NCBI GenBank assembly: GCA_025059745.1
Contig: JANXDH010000006.1
Location: forward strand, 35,343-67,342
Source of the DNA: Aigarchaeota archaeon
GTDB lineage: Archaea > Thermoproteota > Nitrososphaeria_A > Caldarchaeales > Calditenuaceae
DNA length: 32,000 nt
Reading direction: 5' to 3'
Part shown: one piece after another, positions 26,753 through 32,000 of the stretch
How the letters are laid out: each line of letters opens with the position of its first letter
Numbering within the stretch: the first letter of the stretch is position 1
Position numbers and translations under genes: made by a program
The notes under the pieces: model-generated
Told to the model about the DNA's origin: nothing
The model's input: only the letters and a program-made list of their open reading frames with translations
The model's database searches: none

Positions 26753-26834
26753 GAGTAGCAGTCATAAAGCTCTAAGGCTGAGAGTAACGTATATCACCTA
26801 GACGTTCTTTAAATAGAGGAGAGGGTGGGTAAAC

Positions 26835-27131
26835 CTGGCTAGGCACAAGGGATACAGGTTCAGAAGCAGGGGGGTTCTCAAGAGAGACAGAGGCGTGAGA
26901 GGGGGGCCGGTTCCTGAGAATCACCTGAGGGAGTACAGCCCAGATGAGAGGGCGGTCATCGCGATAAATCCCGCGGTCCAGAGGGGGTCGCCACACAGGA
27001 GGTACCACGGATTGATCTGTAAAATAGTTGAGAGGAGGGGCAGGGGGTACACCGTGGAGGTCAAGCTCGGTCACAAGACTAAGAGGATATCGGTGCTGCC
27101 GGACCACCTCAGGCCCTATCAGAGGGTGTAG
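26835..27131 (+). CDS. rpl21e: Ribosomal protein eL21 (L21e); the start codon is uncertain
   Basis: Conserved eL21 sequence (ARHKGYRFRSRGVLKRDRG) lies in frame upstream of the tracked GTG 26895. The frame is open only from 26817, and CTG 26835 is the only near-cognate codon there. A GGGTGG Shine-Dalgarno-like element lies about 8 nt upstream. Confidence 0.75.
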   Translation: MARHKGYRFRSRGVLKRDRGVRGGPVPENHLREYSPDERAVIAINPAVQRGSPHRRYHGLICKIVERRGRGYTVEVKLGHKTKRISVLPDHLRPYQRV

Positions 27132-27137
27132 TCTGGT

Positions 27138-27497
27138 TTGAGGAAAATAATATCTAAGAGGACGGTGAGTATACCTGAGGTGAGGGCGATACTGGAGTCC
27201 GAGATGGCCACCATGGGACCTTTACAGCAGCATGTGTTGTCCTACGTCAGGAAGTTCAGCAAGCTCCCGCCCGACAGGGCCGTCGCGTTGAAGAACGAGC
27301 TGATCGAGAGGTTCGGTCTCATTGAAGACGAGGCGAGTCAGGTAGTTAACGTGTGTCCCACCCACGTCGAGGAACTGAGGGCCATACTAACCGGTTACGT
27401 CCGCCTGGTCTCCACCATACTCTTCTCAGAGGAGAAGTTGAAGGAGATTATGGAGGCCGTGAAAAGGCATCTAGAGCAGGAGACCGTCAACGAGTAG
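27138..27497 (+). CDS. rpoF: DNA-directed RNA polymerase subunit Rpo4 (RpoF)
   Basis: 119 aa, with the N-terminus KIISKRTVSIPEVRAILESE. It occupies the conserved archaeal position immediately after rpl21e. TTG start. Confidence 0.75.
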   Translation: MRKIISKRTVSIPEVRAILESEMATMGPLQQHVLSYVRKFSKLPPDRAVALKNELIERFGLIEDEASQVVNVCPTHVEELRAILTGYVRLVSTILFSEEKLKEIMEAVKRHLEQETVNE

Positions 27498-27518
27498 CCG
27501 GAATTGAGGGGAGAAGTT

Positions 27519-28109
27519 ATGGAGAGACGCAAGCCCAAGATCTATGAGGACGAGGCGATAGTCCTGGACGTATTCACACCCGAGAGACCCCCGAAGGGCG
27601 TGATAGTCGGTCGTAAATGGAACATGGCGCACCTCCTGGGGACCTCCCACTTCACGCTCCTTGAGGCGGTCTTCAACCCATCCTCCATCACTCTGAAGAC
27701 GGGGTCAAAGGTCTACATCGGAAAGGAGGTATCTCGTGACGTTCTGAGGATCGTGAGGAGGATCTCATACGGTGAACTGTCGGAGAGCGCTAAGATGGAG
27801 CTGGAGCAAGCGGTAGAGACGATCGTGAAAGAGAACGAGGAAAGGTTCGTCAGGTTCTTCAACGACAGCGGTCCACTTACCCCCCGGCTGCACTCCCTAG
27901 AGGTCATTCCCGGGGTCGGAAAGAAGATGTTACTGAAGATCCTGAACGAGAGGGAGGTCGAACTCTTCAAGAGCTTCGAGGACATTCAATCGCGGATCGG
28001 GTTATCCGAGCCCGTAAAGGCCGTGACTAAGAGGGTCGTGGAGGAGCTCCGGAACCCCGATAACAGGCACTGGCTCTTCGTCAGACCACCCTCCGAGCAC
28101 GGTCCATGA
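27519..28109 (+). CDS. DUF655-family protein (predicted OB-fold plus helix-hairpin-helix nucleic-acid-binding protein)
   Basis: YEDEAIVLDVF...VYIGKE, an OB-like N-terminal half, and LEVIPGVGKKMLLKILNERE..FKSFEDIQSRI, an HhH-like half. It follows rpl21e-rpoF, a conserved neighbourhood. ATG 27519 follows a GAGGGGAG SD-like element. The tracked TTG 27504 is the alternative start. Confidence 0.7.
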   Translation: MERRKPKIYEDEAIVLDVFTPERPPKGVIVGRKWNMAHLLGTSHFTLLEAVFNPSSITLKTGSKVYIGKEVSRDVLRIVRRISYGELSESAKMELEQAVETIVKENEERFVRFFNDSGPLTPRLHSLEVIPGVGKKMLLKILNEREVELFKSFEDIQSRIGLSEPVKAVTKRVVEELRNPDNRHWLFVRPPSEHGP

Positions 28110-28167
28110 GTGGCGAGAGGTTAACATATATTTGATCGTACGCAGGTAGTGATAAGAAGGTGAGGGT

Positions 28168-28698
28168 GTGAGAGCGAAGAACTACAGGTCCATAGAGAGA
28201 CCATATACGAAGAAGGACTACATCGCGGGCGCTCCACAGCCGAAACTGATGAAGTTCACCTACGGACAGATGAGTCCCTCCTTCGATCTCATTGTGAGAC
28301 TCGTAGCCGGTTCGGATTTGCAGGTGAGGGACGTGTCCCTTGAGTCCGCTAGGGTGACCGCGGGTAAGTCGTTGTCTAGCAGGATTGGTGAGAAGGAGTT
28401 TTACCTGATAGTGAAGGCTCACCCTCATCACGTCCTGAGAGAGAACAAGATGATCTTCGGTGCGCATGCAGACAGGCTCCAAGAGGGGATGAGTAGGGCT
28501 TTCGGGACTCCGATCGGTAGGGCCGCTCAGATCACCAGAGGCTCGACGGTGATAGAGGTCAGATCTCACTCTAAGAATCTCCAAGTAGTGAAAGAGGCCT
28601 TAGCCACGGCCGCCAAGAAGTTACCAGGTACGTACAGATTAGAGGTCGATTATAACGAGAGGACGGTCACCGAGACTCCAGTCTCAAACGCCGAGTAG
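28168..28698 (+). CDS. rpl10e: Ribosomal protein uL16 (L10e)
   Basis: RAKNYRSIERPYTKKDYIAGAPQPKLMKFTYG is a typical L10e N-terminus. GTG start. Confidence 0.9.
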   Translation: MRAKNYRSIERPYTKKDYIAGAPQPKLMKFTYGQMSPSFDLIVRLVAGSDLQVRDVSLESARVTAGKSLSSRIGEKEFYLIVKAHPHHVLRENKMIFGAHADRLQEGMSRAFGTPIGRAAQITRGSTVIEVRSHSKNLQVVKEALATAAKKLPGTYRLEVDYNERTVTETPVSNAE

Positions 28699-29604
28699 GT
28701 ACCTCAGGAGCGCTCCGAAGGTGTGCATCCTGTTCTCGGCCTGCTCATAGACCAATGAGAGAGGACTGTCCGCTACGTCCGGGGTCACCTCCTCACCCCT
28801 GTACATCGGCATACAGTGCATGAACTTCACGGTCGGCTTAGCGTACGACAACAGTGTTCTGTTGACCTGATATCTCGGTATGAACTCCCTCATCCTCCTC
28901 TCCCTCTCAGCCTCACTCCCCATAGAGACGAATACGTCCGTGTATACGAAGTCCGCTCCCCTGACCGCATCCCCCGGGTCCTCATGGATCTCGATCTTGG
29001 CATTTGAGGTCTTGGCCCATGCCACTACCTCGCTGAGGATATCTTCTCGCACGGAGTAAGCGGGAGGCGAGGCGACGGACATGTGCATACCAAGTTTGCC
29101 TGCGATCTGTAAGAGCGAGTTACAGACATTGTTACCATCGCCTACGTACGCCAACTTCACGGCGTTCAGGTCCCCCGCGTGCTCATGAATCGTCATCACG
29201 TCCGCTAGTGCCTGGGTCGGATGATGAACGTCGGTCAATGCATTGACCACTGGAACCTCGCTGTACTTTGCCAGCTCCTCCATCGTCCTGTGTGAATACA
29301 ATCTGGCGACTATTACGTCAACGTACCTAGAGAGGACCTTCGCGGTATCGAGTATCGGCTCGCCCCTCGATAGCTGCATCTCCGTAGTGCTCAGATTGAT
29401 TGAGGAGCCCCCAAGTTTGGCGATCGCCGAGTTGAACGCGAATCTCGTCCTCGTCGACGGCTTTTCGAAGATCATCGCTATACACCTCCCCCTCAGTAAG
29501 TCACGCGGGTATCCCCGCCTCTTAAACTCCTCTGCCATCTCAATTATCGACAATATCTCCTCTTTCCCGATCGATCTGAAGTCTGTGAAGTGCTTTACCT
29601 GCAT
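28684..29604 (-). CDS. argF: Ornithine carbamoyltransferase
   Basis: STRTR carbamoyl-phosphate motif, HPTQALAD, DVFVSMG and HCMPMYRGEEV (the OTC-type HCLP motif rather than the ATCase HPLPR). The start is placed at ATG 29604 (MQVKHFTDFRSIGKEEIL). The tracked upstream ATG 29643 adds 13 atypical residues. Confidence 0.85.
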   Translation of the reverse strand: MQVKHFTDFRSIGKEEILSIIEMAEEFKRRGYPRDLLRGRCIAMIFEKPSTRTRFAFNSAIAKLGGSSINLSTTEMQLSRGEPILDTAKVLSRYVDVIVARLYSHRTMEELAKYSEVPVVNALTDVHHPTQALADVMTIHEHAGDLNAVKLAYVGDGNNVCNSLLQIAGKLGMHMSVASPPAYSVREDILSEVVAWAKTSNAKIEIHEDPGDAVRGADFVYTDVFVSMGSEAERERRMREFIPRYQVNRTLLSYAKPTVKFMHCMPMYRGEEVTPDVADSPLSLVYEQAENRMHTFGALLRYLLGV

Positions 29605-29679
29605 GACTGATAGGTATATGATGGGTCGGCTCAAATTTAACATTTAATTCAGAGCGGTCTCACTGATCATAACAGTTAA

Positions 29680-31443
29680 ATGAGCGAGGGAGACGTGAAC
29701 GAGGAGTCGTATAGGATATTTGCGGCTTTAGCGTCACCGATTAGACTGAAGTTATTGAGGTCTCTGTCCTCGAGTGACCTCAGTTACACTGAACTCTTCA
29801 AAAACGTTGAACTGAAGAGAGACCGTGAGATGGGGAAGTTCACTTACCACCTGAAGCACCTGTTGAAGACTGGACTGATCGAGGTAGACAGAGACACGAA
29901 ACGATACTCACTAACGGAGAGGGGCCGTCAGGTCCTAGAGTTCGTAACGAGGACGGAGGAAGTAATCTCGGGGAGGCGGCGGCTGACCGTCATCAAGTCT
30001 GATCTAACGTCAGAGCGCTTTGACAAGCTGAGGTTGGTCCGGACGTTGATGGGTGAGGTAGGTCTCCCCCCAAAGACTGCCACAATTATCGCCAACGATG
30101 TCTTGAAGAAGTTGAAGGAATTGAGGTTGATGGAGGTCAGGACCGAGGTTCTCAGGCACCTGATTTGCGAGACCCTGTTAGAGCATGGATTAGAGAGTAA
30201 ATTTCTGAGGATGATGAGGATAGGGGTCGATCCCGGCGAGGTGAACTCGATGATAAAGCAATCGCTCCGATCCCGGGATCCGATACATATGATGAGGGCG
30301 GTCACTGAGGCTGTAACCAAACGTTACCTTCTGACTCACGGCTTCTCGGAGGCTATGCTCAAAAGAATTTACGGTGGGCTGATAGACGTGTACGACGTAG
30401 ACTGCGCGCTCTTCAACGTGCTAGGTATGGGTGTGAAGACCTCCAGTGCTCAGGAGGGTGATGAAGCCCTCATCAGTTACATCTACAGGCGCTTAAGCCT
30501 CGTGAGGGACGTTCTGGTCCTGCGCTCATCCGACATGAGCCGAGGCACACTCAAGCTCCTGAGGAGGTGCGCGCCACTGGACACTAGAACATCCATCTCG
30601 ATAAACGTGGACGGTGTGCCCCACGAGTGGGTGAAAGAGTTCACCGAGCTCAACCTCCCACGGTCACTACTCGAGGAACTCAGTGCCCGTAAGGTTCTCG
30701 TAAACTGCCCTCTGGGAGGAGCTTACCCGATCACCATCAGTAGGGATCTCGATGATGCGGTCTTGTTTGACGGTGGGTGGGTTGCAAAGGTCAACAGCAG
30801 ATCCGGGGTCTCATTAGTTACGTGCATATTCTCGATCAACGTATTCGGATTATTGGCTGTATCTGGGTGGGACTTTGAGGGGGTGAGAGTGACTCTGAGA
30901 GAGATGATCGGTGAGATAGAGAGGATCATCGAGAGGAGAGTTCACGCTATGAGGTTGTTCGACGATGTTGGGTTCCAGCCCACCCAGACCTTTCTCATAG
31001 CGCCAGTGGGTTGCTACGAGAGCGCCCAATATATGGAGGAGAACTTCTCTGAGCGCTCGGAGAACGTGGTGCAGAGGCTTCTGGACTCAATCCTGTGGCT
31101 TAGGTCGAGTCTTACCCCTCGAAGTCGAACCGAGAACCTCGTTATATCCTCATGGACCGAGTCGCTATCTTCCCGACTCTACGATAGGTATTTGGGCTCT
31201 CACCTGAGTGACCGGGGGACGAGGGGGCCGCACATCGATCTCCTAAGGAGAGAGGGGAGATTCTTGAGCTCTATCGTAAAATACAGGAGAGAAATGAATC
31301 TGAGCAGGCTGGAGAGGGTGCTAAAGACGGTCGACGGTGGCGTGACCCTGGAGACGACGCCCGAGAGTCTGGAGAGCGATCTATCGCTCTTAGAGAGGGG
31401 GCATAATGTGGTCCTGCGCGTGAGTCCCACTACTTCTTCTTGA
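29680..31443 (+). CDS. Winged-HTH (ArsR-like) + ATP-cone fusion protein with an unassigned C-terminal region of about 400 aa
   Basis: Residues about 10-90 resemble an ArsR-type wHTH (FAALASPIRLKLLRSL...YTEL...FTYHLKHLLKTGLIE...YSLTERG). Residues about 100-185 resemble an ATP-cone (VIKSDLTSERFDKLRLVRTLM...GLPPKTATIIANDVLKKLKEL...VRTEVLRHLICETLLEHG). The remainder has no motif I can assign. Confidence 0.6.
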   Translation: MSEGDVNEESYRIFAALASPIRLKLLRSLSSSDLSYTELFKNVELKRDREMGKFTYHLKHLLKTGLIEVDRDTKRYSLTERGRQVLEFVTRTEEVISGRRRLTVIKSDLTSERFDKLRLVRTLMGEVGLPPKTATIIANDVLKKLKELRLMEVRTEVLRHLICETLLEHGLESKFLRMMRIGVDPGEVNSMIKQSLRSRDPIHMMRAVTEAVTKRYLLTHGFSEAMLKRIYGGLIDVYDVDCALFNVLGMGVKTSSAQEGDEALISYIYRRLSLVRDVLVLRSSDMSRGTLKLLRRCAPLDTRTSISINVDGVPHEWVKEFTELNLPRSLLEELSARKVLVNCPLGGAYPITISRDLDDAVLFDGGWVAKVNSRSGVSLVTCIFSINVFGLLAVSGWDFEGVRVTLREMIGEIERIIERRVHAMRLFDDVGFQPTQTFLIAPVGCYESAQYMEENFSERSENVVQRLLDSILWLRSSLTPRSRTENLVISSWTESLSSRLYDRYLGSHLSDRGTRGPHIDLLRREGRFLSSIVKYRREMNLSRLERVLKTVDGGVTLETTPESLESDLSLLERGHNVVLRVSPTTSS

Positions 31444-31810
31444 GGGAGAGGATTGCCCTCGCCAGATCTCCGTTAGACTCCGTCAACGCCCTCCTAGCCT
31501 CGTCCTCGGTCACTCCCGCCTGCATGGCAACTATTGCCACGTCCTCATCGCTGGGCGTGTAGGATTGATGTTCCATTTCTTCAACGTGCGTCTCAGCCAC
31601 CTGTTCGCCGCCGGCTATCTGGTACATCTTACCTTGGGGAGTATCCAATTCGACCACGTTCGGGTTCAATATCTTTATGCTCCTGTCCTTGAGACTGATA
31701 ATAACGTAGTGAGCTTGACCGAGCTCGTTCACCGACATCCCCAGCTCGTTCAACATACGTGATTGCAACCTGCGCAGTTCACGAGGTGAGAGCCGCTTCA
31801 CGTCAACCAT
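31430..31810 (-). CDS. nac: Nascent polypeptide-associated complex protein (archaeal NAC alpha)
   Basis: NAC domain (VIISLKDRSIKILNPNVVELDTPQGKMYQIAGG) plus a C-terminal UBA-like tail (EDVAIVAMQAGVTEDEARRALTESNGDLARAILSL). Confidence 0.85.
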   Translation of the reverse strand: MVDVKRLSPRELRRLQSRMLNELGMSVNELGQAHYVIISLKDRSIKILNPNVVELDTPQGKMYQIAGGEQVAETHVEEMEHQSYTPSDEDVAIVAMQAGVTEDEARRALTESNGDLARAILSLKKK

Positions 31811-31885
31811 CTGTGATTAGTCCATAATATGTTTTATCTCTATCTCGAAAAATTATTATATGAAGTAAAGGAATGATTTACGTGA

Positions 31886-32000
31886 ATGAGTAAAGGTCAT
31901 CAGAGAAAGCCCACTCCGCAGACCAAGACCAGAGGTGATATAATCGCGAGGGTTGAGAGGTGGGACATCGTCGACGAGTACGGGTCAAGGATCAGAGAGG
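31886..32000 (+). CDS. Possible 5' end of an unidentified gene running off the window
   Basis: ATG 31886 opens a frame (MSKGHQRKPTPQTKTRGDIIARVERWDIVDEYGSRIRE) that stays open to the window edge. An AT-rich TATA-like stretch (AAAAATTATTATA) lies about 30 nt upstream. There is too little sequence to identify the product. Confidence 0.3.
   Translation, partial: MSKGHQRKPTPQTKTRGDIIARVERWDIVDEYGSRIRE

Noticed and set aside
26772-27107. 111-aa minus-strand ORF
   Set aside because: It is antisense to the eL21 gene. It is proline/arginine-rich shadow sequence.
27353-27547. 64-aa plus-strand ORF bridging rpoF and the DUF655 gene
   Set aside because: It is an alternative frame of two well-supported genes, and its sequence is arginine/glycine-rich shadow.
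28081-28584. 167-aa minus-strand ORF
   Set aside because: It lies entirely antisense to the uL16 (L10e) gene, which has an unmistakable ribosomal-protein sequence. Its R/S/P/H-rich, low-complexity composition is typical of a shadow ORF in GC-rich coding DNA.
29243-29647. 134-aa plus-strand ORF
   Set aside because: It is antisense to the ornithine carbamoyltransferase gene, which carries all OTC motifs. It has no motifs of its own.
1-32000. Search for CRISPR arrays, transposases/IS elements, integrases, toxin-antitoxin or known defence-system genes
   Set aside because: I saw no regularly spaced direct repeats and no ORF with recognisable nuclease, integrase, transposase or defence motifs. 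Every ORF over about 120 aa that I accept belongs to the glycan locus or to housekeeping functions.

Overview
This looks like an archaeal, probably crenarchaeal, chromosomal window. The evidence is eL21, uL16 (L10e), Rpo4/RpoF, Pus10, NAC and SRP54, TATA-like boxes about 25-30 nt upstream of starts, oligo-T terminators, and a tRNA with a non-canonical intron. It has two parts. (1) nt 1-23421 holds about 20 tightly packed + strand genes forming a surface-glycan biosynthesis locus. It encodes dTDP-rhamnose enzymes (RmlA long form, RmlC-like, RmlD), two further SDR epimerases, a DegT aminotransferase, a GNAT and a DUF1624-type membrane acyltransferase. It also encodes GT2, GT4 and DPM1-like glycosyltransferases, a Wzx-like flippase, and five or six large polytopic proteins that look like GT-C-fold glycosyltransferases (PIG-V-like, PIG-M/DUF2029-like, PMT/ArnT-like, and two STT3-like in layout only). 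(2) nt 23604-32000 is a GC-rich housekeeping block. It carries tRNA-Thr(CGU) with a 21-nt intron in the T-arm, a SufU/IscU-like scaffold, SRP54, Pus10, eL21, Rpo4, DUF655, uL16, ornithine carbamoyltransferase, a wHTH + ATP-cone fusion protein, and NAC. I saw no CRISPR array, transposase, integrase or recognisable defence genes. The most notable observations are the density of GT-C genes next to a DPM1-like synthase, and a GT-C gene split exactly at a canonical -1 slippery heptamer (C CCT TTT). Others are the intron-bearing tRNA, the wHTH/ATP-cone protein, a marked low-GC block at about 13.4-21.9 kb, and an eL21 gene whose conserved N-terminus has only a CTG as a possible start. All family calls rest on motifs read by eye and recalled, not on database searches.
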